From: Ignavibacteria bacterium UBA2333 | GTDB lineage: Bacteria > Bacteroidota > Ignavibacteria > Kapaibacteriales > Kapaibacteriaceae | Assembly: GCA_002344895.1 (NCBI GenBank) | Contig: DDUR01000061.1 | Coordinates: 125,569 to 189,568, forward strand | Reading direction: 5' to 3' | DNA length: 64,000 nt | Shown: positions 1 through 9,273 of the stretch, in pieces | How positions within the stretch are numbered: position 1 is the stretch's first letter | Layout of the letters: each line of letters begins with the position of its first letter | Made by a program: the position numbers and the translations under genes | Notes under the pieces: generated by a model | The model's database searches: none | What the model was told of the DNA's origin: nothing | The model's input: only the letters and a program-made list of their open reading frames with translations

Positions 1-155
1 CTTCAGTTTGGCCTTTCAACCGGAGCTGGACTTGGTGCTACCGTTCAGATCAGTCGCCTTTTCCGTTTGCAGACATCGATTATCGCCAACTGGTATACCG
101 TTGATGGCGGGAACACGCCGTATGGTATTCAGATTGGACTTTCGTCGGGTGGCCG

Positions 156-1463
156 ATGAGAGCGCAGATTGGACTGGGCACACTGCGTTTACTGTCGACC
201 ACAAGCCCTGGCGATATCGTTAATGAAGCTCGTCGCCTGGGCATCGGCTGTATTGATATCCCGGCATCAGTGGACGATATCGACCGCGATGGCACCATTC
301 TTACGGCGTTAGCTACCGAGCCCGATGCCCCTCTTCCGTCGTGGCTCATTCTCCGTTACGATCCTCGAAATCCAGCACGACCGAGTCTTCTTCGTTCGGC
401 CACTGGAGTGTCGTGTCGAATTACAGCACTTGTCGACCGTCCAGAACGACGGTATGTCCAGTATCGCACGGAGGGCCTTGATCATACGGCTGCAATGATC
501 GCACTTCGAGAGTATCTCATCGAAGCATTCTCCGCACTTCATCACGATGTGGCCGATGGCCATCTGACGGATTACGGAATTCTGAGTGAAACACTGTCGA
601 TGCCTCACGACATGGAAGGCGCGATATCGTTAGTGGATGTGCTCGACATTGTGCGAACCACGGTTGGAACAACGGAATCGTTCACGACGGTTCAGATGCC
701 AATGAACGTACTTGAGCATGGTGCCGTTACGTCGCATGTCTATGATGGACGCTCCGTACTGCAGCTCTGCGAAGAGCATGGCATTCACGTTGTTGTTCAT
801 CGCGCCCTTGATGCAATTGTTGATCAGTCGCTTATTCGACTTGTTTCATGGCCAATACCCGACCACCTTGTTCATGCCGATGATGTTGCAGCGCGCATCC
901 ATGCCCTAGAGATTACGGAACACGATGTGGCAAACATGGTCATCGCATCCCTCAGTGCAGAAGCATCTGTTCGCGAAGCCATACTTGAAACGTTCCGCAT
1001 CGCCGGGTCGTTATGTACGGCCTGGAACGGCTTTGACGGACTCCCCCATTGGCGTGACGTGCGGAAACAGCATCTTGATCCTCGATTTGAGGCGATGACG
1101 CGTGTTGCCGTGCGGATGCGTGAGGATGGGGCTGATACGACCTTGTTTGCAAAGTTTCTTGATGACATTGAGGACGTTCTTGACGACATTGACGTCCTCT
1201 ATGCCCTCGACGAAAACGCCAGCCTTGAAGAACTACGCATCTCGATTGCCGATGAGCTTGGTTTGCCGATGGACACACCTCTTCAGCACATTGCACTTCA
1301 TGCCGTTCGTTGTACGCATGGTGTTCACACGGTCCTGGTAGGAGCACGTTCATCAGAGCAGCTACACGATGTGCTCACGACGTCCGACCTTCCCATAACC
1401 CCCATCCACGAATCTACGTGGCATCGTATTCACGCTCATCTTGCGCGACTCAGTACAGAGTAA
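156..1463 (+). CDS. Aldo/keto-reductase-like oxidoreductase. It is diverged, and the N-terminal boundary is uncertain and may start upstream of the window.
   Basis: The C-terminal segment ...VHTVLVGARSSEQLHDVL... resembles the conserved AKR C-terminus (IPG-x-S-x-E-x-L-x-x-N), and the N-terminus has an 'IGLGTLRL' segment. The stop codon lies 5 nt before the rpe start. Confidence 0.4.
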   Translation: MRAQIGLGTLRLLSTTSPGDIVNEARRLGIGCIDIPASVDDIDRDGTILTALATEPDAPLPSWLILRYDPRNPARPSLLRSATGVSCRITALVDRPERRYVQYRTEGLDHTAAMIALREYLIEAFSALHHDVADGHLTDYGILSETLSMPHDMEGAISLVDVLDIVRTTVGTTESFTTVQMPMNVLEHGAVTSHVYDGRSVLQLCEEHGIHVVVHRALDAIVDQSLIRLVSWPIPDHLVHADDVAARIHALEITEHDVANMVIASLSAEASVREAILETFRIAGSLCTAWNGFDGLPHWRDVRKQHLDPRFEAMTRVAVRMREDGADTTLFAKFLDDIEDVLDDIDVLYALDENASLEELRISIADELGLPMDTPLQHIALHAVRCTHGVHTVLVGARSSEQLHDVLTTSDLPITPIHESTWHRIHAHLARLSTE

Positions 1464-1468
1464 CAACT

Positions 1469-2143
1469 ATGCACAACATTCGCCTGGCTCCATCACTCCT
1501 CAGTGCAGATTTCAGCCATCTCGCTCAAGCCGTGGCTGCGTGCGAAGCCGGTGGAGCAGACCAGCTCCACATAGATGTCATGGACGGCCACTTCGTACCA
1601 CCAATCACCTTCGGTATTGTTGTTATGGAAGCTTTGCGGAACATCACAACGCTTCCACTCGACGTCCATCTTATGGTTACCAATCCAGATCATCAGGTGG
1701 AACTGTTTGCCGATGCAGGTGCCTCGTGGATTAGTGTCCATGCAGAAACAACGCCTCACCTTCATCGTACACTATCACGAATTCGTGCACGTGGCTGCTC
1801 ACCTGGGATAGTCCTCAATCCCGCAACACCATTAGAGCTTGCAATGGAAGGGGCAGAGGGGGCTGACTTTATACTCTTGATGAGTGTAAATCCGGGATAT
1901 GGCGGCCAGGCATTTATCCCGTCATTCTTCCGCAGATGTGAACGCCTACGGTCGTGGTTAGATTCAAATGGACTTCAACATGTTCGAATCGAGGTTGATG
2001 GCGGTGTAAAGATTGACAACGTTGTAGACGTCGTTCGTGCTGGTGCTGATACTATCGTCAGTGGAAGTGGCCTGATGCACGGAGATATTGCAGCCAACAT
2101 ACAAGACATGCGCACATCAATCACACGTGCAGTGTCATCGTGA
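1469..2143 (+). CDS. rpe: Ribulose-phosphate 3-epimerase.
   Basis: The N-terminus MHNIRLAPSLLSADFSHL...HIDVMDGHFVPPITFG is the canonical Rpe signature. The ATG at 1469 follows the upstream stop. Confidence 0.9.
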   Translation: MHNIRLAPSLLSADFSHLAQAVAACEAGGADQLHIDVMDGHFVPPITFGIVVMEALRNITTLPLDVHLMVTNPDHQVELFADAGASWISVHAETTPHLHRTLSRIRARGCSPGIVLNPATPLELAMEGAEGADFILLMSVNPGYGGQAFIPSFFRRCERLRSWLDSNGLQHVRIEVDGGVKIDNVVDVVRAGADTIVSGSGLMHGDIAANIQDMRTSITRAVSS

Positions 2144-4264
2144 TTTTACTATCGGCATCACTGTTTGACAGAAATCTGTCGTAACAACATGTAGAAAGTA
2201 TACACCAGCAGGCAAGAGCTCTGTATCAACAATAGTCGATTCCTCACGTTGGTACAGTTTACATGAAATGATCCGTCCGGTCACGTCAAGCACTGTTACC
2301 TCAGCATGGCTCGGTACAACGATGGAACGGCCTCCATCAGTGCTATATACATAGCATAGTTGAACGGGACGCAGTTCTGTTGAGCCGTTAGTCGGCGGAT
2401 GGCCTGTTGTTGTTGAAAGTCTTGGTTTTGAGATGATGTCTGTCGACTTATACACGATGTAGATGGAATCTTGATCAACCCCAATCCCAACAATTGGCAC
2501 ATGTTTCCAGGCCTCATCAGTAGAATACAACTCCGATGTTGCCTCACCACGATACACCTTTAGCTGGATTGAAGGAGGGTATCTGTAGTCCCTCGCAGAG
2601 GATACGAGAGCTTTACCATCAAAGTGCGCTTGCGGTTGAACGACGTGTGACTGGAGTGTTTCAAGTGTGACCTGCCGATACACATCGTCATCACGTTGGA
2701 GAACCAGGAGTTTGGGACCCTCATGTTTTGCTGCCGCTGCTACAACCAGCACTTTTGACTGCGACATGTCGAATGCCATCGTCGTCGCCTGTGCTAACAT
2801 CGGAATGTGTCGGAATGCACCATGTGAGTACGAGTACCAACGCTGACCATACCCAACGACGTTGCAGTGGACAAGAAATCCGAGTGGATGTAGATAGTTG
2901 ATATCGAGCGGGACACCCGGGACGTCCTGAACTTCATTCCACGATACTCCGTCGTTCGTAGACACCATCAACCTTCCTAGCAAGGCCATCGCCATATCCA
3001 AGGTAGCATACATTGTTTCTGCCGATGGCGGCTTCAAGACGGTTCTCATTCCTGTCGAATCAATCAGCATGTGTTCGTTGGCAAGTTTTCTTACAACAAC
3101 GTCATGTGATTCGATAGCATAGGTTGCCTGGCTCGGCGTATTCTCAACAATACTCCACCAACGCAACCGCCCTGAATGGCGAGAGACAATAACGATTTGG
3201 GAGTAGTCAGCGTGCGGAATGAACGGCGGCCTACACTCCATCACGGCAATCTCGTTCCCGTCATATAACCGACGATAGTCGAGTATGCTATCGTATTCAC
3301 CAGAAACAGACTGATTCAGAATCCTATACTTCTTTATTGTGCTGTGGTAGTGGATACGAACGATACCTGCATGACTACCAAAACCCATCTGAATATTCGT
3401 AGGTGTAGGTGATGCAAACACGAGCGGAAGGTCAGAATCAAGCGGCGAATTCGGGTAGAACTCAGTTTGACATGTTCCTCGCGTGATATTAACCAAACAT
3501 GGTTTACGTATACCGTTGATCACCAGCGACGTCATAAACTCATCAGGCGACAATCTGAGGACGGAAACATCATCAGCAACACTTGAATCCGGCAATCCAA
3601 AGTACCATTGTAATTGGCCAAATCTCTCTTCGGAAACAGCAACCACACAACACGCAGAAGAAGTTACGATAACGGCAATTGTATCGTCGAGATACACGGA
3701 GCGAATAGAATCGAGCACGGGTATTGATTCACTTCGTACACCTCCTGACGTGCTCCTGACGAGCCTGCGCGTTGATGTAATCCAGGTTGTGGACGTTGGT
3801 GCGTATCGAACCTTTACAGCATCTGGAATTCGTTCATGCCGCACGAAGGATCCATCATAGTTCAATGTGATAATCGAGTCGCCCACGTACATAACAACCT
3901 TTTGGTTCTGCGTGTCAATATCTCGTACGGACGGGATATGCATCTTCCACCGCAGAACGGATTCCGTGAGTGATATACAAAACACGCTATCGTCCTTGGT
4001 GATGACGGCACCCGTTTCGGGAGCCATACTTATTCCACGACAGATATTCTTTGGATATGATGCCGGTCTCCATGACCATGTCCTTTCACCGGCAGAATAT
4101 CTCCATACATTTCCGTCTACATCTATTGCTACGTCACGTGCAGCCGGACCATCAAACATGGCGGCAATACGCGATGTCCATGGTGCCCGAAATCTCGTTT
4201 GCGCATCAACGACTGATGATACGAAGAGGAGACTAACCAGCAATGTGATGATACATCGCATCAC
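2135..4264 (-). CDS. Secreted BNR/Asp-box-repeat beta-propeller protein with a T9SS C-terminal sorting domain.
   Basis: There is an N-terminal signal peptide (MMRCIITLLVSLLFVSSVVDAQ). The Asp-box 'STNDGVSWNE' follows the S-x-D-x-G-x-T-W pattern. The C-terminus ...LLPAGVYFLHVVTTD...VMPIVKSR resembles a Por secretion tail. Confidence 0.6.
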   Translation of the reverse strand: MMRCIITLLVSLLFVSSVVDAQTRFRAPWTSRIAAMFDGPAARDVAIDVDGNVWRYSAGERTWSWRPASYPKNICRGISMAPETGAVITKDDSVFCISLTESVLRWKMHIPSVRDIDTQNQKVVMYVGDSIITLNYDGSFVRHERIPDAVKVRYAPTSTTWITSTRRLVRSTSGGVRSESIPVLDSIRSVYLDDTIAVIVTSSACCVVAVSEERFGQLQWYFGLPDSSVADDVSVLRLSPDEFMTSLVINGIRKPCLVNITRGTCQTEFYPNSPLDSDLPLVFASPTPTNIQMGFGSHAGIVRIHYHSTIKKYRILNQSVSGEYDSILDYRRLYDGNEIAVMECRPPFIPHADYSQIVIVSRHSGRLRWWSIVENTPSQATYAIESHDVVVRKLANEHMLIDSTGMRTVLKPPSAETMYATLDMAMALLGRLMVSTNDGVSWNEVQDVPGVPLDINYLHPLGFLVHCNVVGYGQRWYSYSHGAFRHIPMLAQATTMAFDMSQSKVLVVAAAAKHEGPKLLVLQRDDDVYRQVTLETLQSHVVQPQAHFDGKALVSSARDYRYPPSIQLKVYRGEATSELYSTDEAWKHVPIVGIGVDQDSIYIVYKSTDIISKPRLSTTTGHPPTNGSTELRPVQLCYVYSTDGGRSIVVPSHAEVTVLDVTGRIISCKLYQREESTIVDTELLPAGVYFLHVVTTDFCQTVMPIVKSR

Positions 4265-4267
4265 ACC

Positions 4268-6472
4268 TCATGGACTCATAAAGACAGAGGATTGGCGTTC
4301 TCCTTGGGCTGACATAAAACTTACAGCATACAGGCCCCTGCGCAGCGGCGAACTGAACGTAATCCGCGTTACGTTGCCATAGCGTTGCATCGTAAACATG
4401 ACACTCTGACCAACATAGTCGACCAAATGCACGTCAGTTACATCCGCAAAGATTTCAAGTGACTGTGAATCTTCCGTGAGTCGTATCACTTCGCTTCGCT
4501 CTGGCGATGTTTCGTATTGTGTTGACGAAACATTGCGGAGGTCATATGTGAACTCCGTTCCATCATCGAAGGTAATCACAATGACCAATGGATGGGGTTT
4601 ACTGGCATATGCCACTCTCGCTCGCTCCATCACTGGCAAACCGATGACGTCATACGAAGATGAACCGTCGATGTCATACGTTGCAACTCGCATTCGTGTC
4701 GGATTTACAGCCCGATCTACATCAAAAATGATGGTCTCATTGGGGCGGCGCAAAACGTCAACGTGAACCTTAAACAGTGGATCAGAGACTACTTTTTCGG
4801 CCTCAAACCGATTGCGTAGAGCACCGAGTGAATCTCGTTCGATAAACGAATAGAATCCATGGGTCACGCCAGTCGGTACTGACCAGTCGATAACAAGACA
4901 TCGTTCGCCCTGTCGAAGGTCGGTATAGAACCCAACGGGCGACATGGCACCATGTACAGGGACAAATTCTCCTTGAGGGCGTTTGATGTACCAGGTAGAT
5001 GTTCCGGGCTTACCATCAACAAGTGTTTTAACGGCCCACATTGAATCGGTAATAAAGAATCCCCCAATAGTATTACCAATGGAGACTGCGAGGGTATCCC
5101 ACGTGGTCCCATAGTTTGTGGAGACAATCGCTGGTTTGTAGAGTGAATACAGCTTGTTGTTGAACCTGCGGAAGTGTTCACATCGAGGGTCATCCGAGAA
5201 CAGTGAGGTAACTACGCCACGGAGGTCAATCGCCAGCGTTTGTGACGATGATGTAAGAATTGCCTGTTCATCGGTGATTGCCAGAATTCGTCCACCATCT
5301 GCAAACTGGGTTGGAACAACAGTCCAGGATTCGAGGCTATCAACATTGGAATGTCGGAGTAATGCCGAAGTTGACTGTGATTCCCATGGTTGATACGGAG
5401 GCGGACATTTGAGGAGTGACACAAGCCGGCCATCCTCGCGTTCCACTCGATCAAGTACCGTAACATTTGATTTGGGCAATGACTGATAGTTCAAAACCCA
5501 TGATTCTTCAATCGTGTTATATCCAAGTCGTCGTATCGACGCATCATTTCCAACAATGAAGATGTATCCCCACGATAACATGACATATCGTGGTGTTACG
5601 GCGCGCGGAATTCTGAGATCACCCCGCAACCATGTGTTCTGACGATATCTGCGATCATTGTCAATGATCAGGGGATACTTCGTATTGTCATAGACCAACG
5701 TTCCGACGGCCGTTCCAGAGTCAGAAACAAACATCTCATCTTGTTCAATACTCACTCCAGTTGGTAGGTAGATTATCTGAATTGTGTCTACTTCATCATT
5801 CATGATACGAATCGTGCCCATCTCTAGGTTTGACGCGAAGGCAACGATGTTGCCACGGATGCCACCTGAGAGGACGGGTACTTCCATCGTAACCGACGTT
5901 GTTTCCATCGACTCTCCCTGAACGACATTCAGTGTACCATCGCGCAGCAAAACGATCGTTCCCTTTGGTCCGTACGAAGCTGCAACGACACTGACACTCC
6001 AAGACGTCGTTTCTACGGCTAACGTCGTGGGATGAACAACCTTTACTTGTTCCGTCGAATAGCAGACATAGCGGCCATAGTTATAGGTGAGTCGATTGGT
6101 GCCTTGAACATCTATCTCCCACTGAATCGACCGCTCAGGCCATCGATAAGCTCTAAGTTTACCGTTACTGCGCAGTACAACAAGGGTGTTCGCCGTGGGC
6201 CATTCTGCGTCGATGACGTCGGTTGGGAAATCAGACGCCCTCCAATACCACGTTTGATCACCAATTAGGTATAACCAATGATTACCTTTCTGGTCGATGG
6301 CTATGTGCCGATTATCATACGATGCAGTGGCAGTTATCGTTGACACCCACGGTGGAGTCAATTGTCGACTTGTGATCTTGGCCTGACTCCATTGCGAGTC
6401 GGCATGAGAAACGAGTACGAACAAGGTCGCTACGATAAACAATGCTAATCTGATACCTCGTCTCATCTCCAT
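4268..6472 (-). CDS. Paralogous secreted BNR/Asp-box-repeat protein with a T9SS C-terminal domain.
   Basis: It has a signal peptide (MEMRRGIRLALFIVATLFVLVSHADSQ) and the Asp-box 'STNYGTTWD'. The C-terminus is ...RRGLYAVSFMSAQGERQSSVFMSP. Several blocks are shared with the neighbour (NHWLYLIGDQTWYWRASDFP against NVWRYSAGERTWSWRPASYP, and LLKCPPPYQP against VMECRPPFIP). Confidence 0.6.
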   Translation of the reverse strand: MEMRRGIRLALFIVATLFVLVSHADSQWSQAKITSRQLTPPWVSTITATASYDNRHIAIDQKGNHWLYLIGDQTWYWRASDFPTDVIDAEWPTANTLVVLRSNGKLRAYRWPERSIQWEIDVQGTNRLTYNYGRYVCYSTEQVKVVHPTTLAVETTSWSVSVVAASYGPKGTIVLLRDGTLNVVQGESMETTSVTMEVPVLSGGIRGNIVAFASNLEMGTIRIMNDEVDTIQIIYLPTGVSIEQDEMFVSDSGTAVGTLVYDNTKYPLIIDNDRRYRQNTWLRGDLRIPRAVTPRYVMLSWGYIFIVGNDASIRRLGYNTIEESWVLNYQSLPKSNVTVLDRVEREDGRLVSLLKCPPPYQPWESQSTSALLRHSNVDSLESWTVVPTQFADGGRILAITDEQAILTSSSQTLAIDLRGVVTSLFSDDPRCEHFRRFNNKLYSLYKPAIVSTNYGTTWDTLAVSIGNTIGGFFITDSMWAVKTLVDGKPGTSTWYIKRPQGEFVPVHGAMSPVGFYTDLRQGERCLVIDWSVPTGVTHGFYSFIERDSLGALRNRFEAEKVVSDPLFKVHVDVLRRPNETIIFDVDRAVNPTRMRVATYDIDGSSSYDVIGLPVMERARVAYASKPHPLVIVITFDDGTEFTYDLRNVSSTQYETSPERSEVIRLTEDSQSLEIFADVTDVHLVDYVGQSVMFTMQRYGNVTRITFSSPLRRGLYAVSFMSAQGERQSSVFMSP

Positions 6473-6532
6473 CCCTCATGTGTTGCGCATAGTGCTTCGT
6501 AATGACCGTATCTCCACCAAAAGGTAACAGTC

Positions 6533-7807
6533 TCAAGGAACGACGTTGGCCACAAACCGACCAAGATAGGCTATCAATTCGCGTTCCGCTTGTTCCGCCG
6601 GCATCCACTCAAATTCAAAGACCATCCCGCCATCTTCACCATCGCCTGTTACGACATGTCGGAATGGGGCAAAAGGGGCATCTTGTAGGACTACTCTACA
6701 GATATGTGCACGGATTCCGTAGTCATCAATGTCAACTGAGTAGAGATACTCCGGAGTGCCAAAATCTATTCCGGTTTCCTCCAACACTTCTCTCCGTGCT
6801 GCCGTCACAATGTCCTCAGTGAGTCCCACCGTCCCCTTCGGAATCTGTGGAGAAACTTCGGGAGCATCGGGACGGCGGAATACCAATATTTGTGGTTTGC
6901 CCTCCGAATGACGAACAATGTAGACAAGCGCTTTGGAAACAAGCACAGGAACGGCCAGGCCAACTGTTTGCTGAAGTGATCGGCGATATTCATCAGGCAG
7001 ACCATCGGCGCACGCCAGAAACATTGCAGCTACGTGATGACGGTATACATCGGAAGCAACAATAGGCAGTGCTTGAAGATGTCCCTGTATTGTTTCAACA
7101 TCTCCACGAACCACCGGTCCCGTGACGGGTATACTCTCTCCAGTCTCGAGTGCACGAATGGCGTTTTCGACAGCCGTCCGGAGTATTGTTGGAATGAGGT
7201 CAATCGGCGATAACGTAACCGACGTAAGGAGTTCCGATGCAAGGACGACGGCATTCTGCACGACATTTGACGCTTCTACCGCAGCAGCGTGATAGACTCG
7301 CTTCTGGTGAGCATCTCCATCTCGTAATAGTACAGGACGGCCGTTGAGCGCACGAACAAAGTTTATGAATTCCTGCTGATGTTCCTTAGCACACTCAATT
7401 CCCCACGAAACATTGCGGAGATCTTCAGCTCCTGCGCCACGACGGATTGTCTGGAATGGATGCACTGATGCCGTAACATATCCATCCTTCTCAAGTGGGG
7501 CTAGTACGGCTCGCGTTTGAGCACCAGAGACGTGAACAACGTAGGCAACCGAAGAAGGTTGTGATGGTAGAATCTGCCGTAAACGTCCAACCATCTCAGC
7601 GATGGCCGCATCCGGTACAGCAAGAAGTATCAAGTCCGCCTCAAGATGTTCTAGATCCGTGTGACGCCGAACCTTTGTCTGATATCCGTTGAGTTGCGCC
7701 GCAGCAGCAATGGCCGAGCCTGCGCGGCCGGAACCAATGACGGTCACGGACTGGATCACGATCGGGGTTCCAGCACATAGCCGGCTGCTCCATCCTTCAC
7801 AGACCAA
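6533..7807 (-). CDS. Fusion protein with an N-terminal Rossmann-fold NAD(P)-binding domain (DUF2520 / pyrroline-5-carboxylate-reductase-like) and a C-terminal NUDIX hydrolase. The start codon is uncertain because the ORF overlaps the cysS 3' end.
   Basis: A GxGxxG motif (VTVIGSGRAGSAIAAAA) sits near the N-terminus. A Nudix box (GTVGLTEDIVTAARREVLEETGI, i.e. Gx5Ex7REVxEExG) sits in the C-terminal third. Confidence 0.55.
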   Translation of the reverse strand: MVCEGWSSRLCAGTPIVIQSVTVIGSGRAGSAIAAAAQLNGYQTKVRRHTDLEHLEADLILLAVPDAAIAEMVGRLRQILPSQPSSVAYVVHVSGAQTRAVLAPLEKDGYVTASVHPFQTIRRGAGAEDLRNVSWGIECAKEHQQEFINFVRALNGRPVLLRDGDAHQKRVYHAAAVEASNVVQNAVVLASELLTSVTLSPIDLIPTILRTAVENAIRALETGESIPVTGPVVRGDVETIQGHLQALPIVASDVYRHHVAAMFLACADGLPDEYRRSLQQTVGLAVPVLVSKALVYIVRHSEGKPQILVFRRPDAPEVSPQIPKGTVGLTEDIVTAARREVLEETGIDFGTPEYLYSVDIDDYGIRAHICRVVLQDAPFAPFRHVVTGDGEDGGMVFEFEWMPAEQAERELIAYLGRFVANVVP

Positions 7808-9255
7808 CCTTCGGCAGCAAGTACATCACGCAAACGATCTGATTCAGCCCAATTTTTTGCCGAACGAGCCGCCCAGCGTTCATCCGCCAGTTGTTGAATT
7901 CGTGCTGGAATCGAATGTGTCGGCCGAGCATCAAAACTCCATACGGCAACAACATCATTCACTCGAGACAGGTCTGCTAGGGCTGCATTTCGTTCCGAGT
8001 CCGACATCGTATTCATCACCACATCAACTGACGATACGTAACCATACAGTTCCGACATTGCCGTCGGCGTGTGGAGATCGTCAGCAAATCGTTCAAACAC
8101 GGAGGCGATTGATGGCACATCGGAGTGATACTGCTTTTCACCATCACGACTGGCGCCGTGTTCAATCAGTTTCCAGATCGTCTCCTGAATACGTCGTCGG
8201 CCCTTAGCCATTGCGGATACATTTTCAAAGGTAAAATTGTATACACTCCGATAATGTGCCGACATCATGGCGTAACGGATGTCAAGAGGGTCCAGGCCAC
8301 GTTGTACAAGATCACTCAGCACAAAAAAGTTGCCAAGTGATTTTGACATTTTCCGACCTTCAACCTCAAGAAACTCGTTATGAAACCAGAACATAGCCTG
8401 ATCATGACTATGATATCCAGCCGTGCACTGGGCGAGTTCATCTTCATGGTGAGGAAACCGCAGGTCAACGCCACCCGTATGGATGTCGAATGGTAGGCCT
8501 AGCAGGACTTTCGACATGGCAGAACATTCTATATGCCATCCTGGTCTTCCGGGTACGTTTTGTCCATCGACCTCAAAGTCCCAATAGGGTTCCTGCCCCT
8601 TTCGCCCCTTCCACAAGACGAAGTCACTGACGGATTCTCGATCATACTCATCGGCATCAATCCGTACACCTTCCCGGAAGTGTTCTTCGTCGATCTGAAA
8701 GATTCTCCCGTACGTTGCACGTCGGCCATCAGGCAGCTCTAGATTTCGATATGCCGACGTCGAGAAATACACCGAGCCATCAGATACATATCCAACACCG
8801 TGCCTAACGATGTCAAGGATAAGTTCCTGCATGTCCTTGATGTAGTCTGTTGCACGAGGCATTGCAAAGAAGTGATCTTGACGTATTCCGACTGCTTGGA
8901 TATCAGCTTTGAACAATCGTTCGAAATACATTGTAAACGTCCGAAGGTCTACAAGTGCATCGCCCGTTTGTGGCCCCATATCTTCCTTCCATCGAACGGA
9001 CCCGCGTGCCGAACCATCAATTGTTTTATCATCAATGTCCGTTACATTCATCACCCAGCGAACGTCATAACCTCCAATGGTACGCAGCGTGCGTTGTAAC
9101 GTATCGGCAGCAATAAACGCTCTCAGGTTTCCGATATGAGCAGTGTCATAAACTGTTGGACCACAAGAGTACATTCGCACAATTCCGTCGTGGACGGGTG
9201 AGAATGTTTCAACGCTCTTTGTCAGGCTGTTATACAGTCGAATCGGCAGTGTCAT
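7756..9255 (-). CDS. cysS: Cysteinyl-tRNA synthetase.
   Basis: The HIGH motif (HIGN) is near the N-terminus in ...CGPTVYDTAHIGNLRAF.... The KMSKS motif is present as KMSKSLGNFF. The length is about 500 aa. Confidence 0.9.
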   Translation of the reverse strand: MTLPIRLYNSLTKSVETFSPVHDGIVRMYSCGPTVYDTAHIGNLRAFIAADTLQRTLRTIGGYDVRWVMNVTDIDDKTIDGSARGSVRWKEDMGPQTGDALVDLRTFTMYFERLFKADIQAVGIRQDHFFAMPRATDYIKDMQELILDIVRHGVGYVSDGSVYFSTSAYRNLELPDGRRATYGRIFQIDEEHFREGVRIDADEYDRESVSDFVLWKGRKGQEPYWDFEVDGQNVPGRPGWHIECSAMSKVLLGLPFDIHTGGVDLRFPHHEDELAQCTAGYHSHDQAMFWFHNEFLEVEGRKMSKSLGNFFVLSDLVQRGLDPLDIRYAMMSAHYRSVYNFTFENVSAMAKGRRRIQETIWKLIEHGASRDGEKQYHSDVPSIASVFERFADDLHTPTAMSELYGYVSSVDVVMNTMSDSERNAALADLSRVNDVVAVWSFDARPTHSIPARIQQLADERWAARSAKNWAESDRLRDVLAAEGWSVKDGAAGYVLEPRS

Positions 9256-9273
9256 GGTGCGAATGTACGAACC

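Noticed and set aside
872-1353. Antisense and alternative-frame ORFs of 60–160 aa embedded in larger genes, for example 872..1189(-), 952..1353(-), 16746..17228(-) and 28255..28710(-).
   Set aside because: They lie inside longer ORFs with clear homology-type signatures, and they are Arg/Ser-rich as expected for spurious frames in GC-moderate DNA.
1975-1995. A GTTCGAATC motif resembling a tRNA T-loop.
   Set aside because: It lies inside the well-supported rpe coding sequence and has no surrounding cloverleaf complementarity. I found no tRNA genes anywhere in the window.
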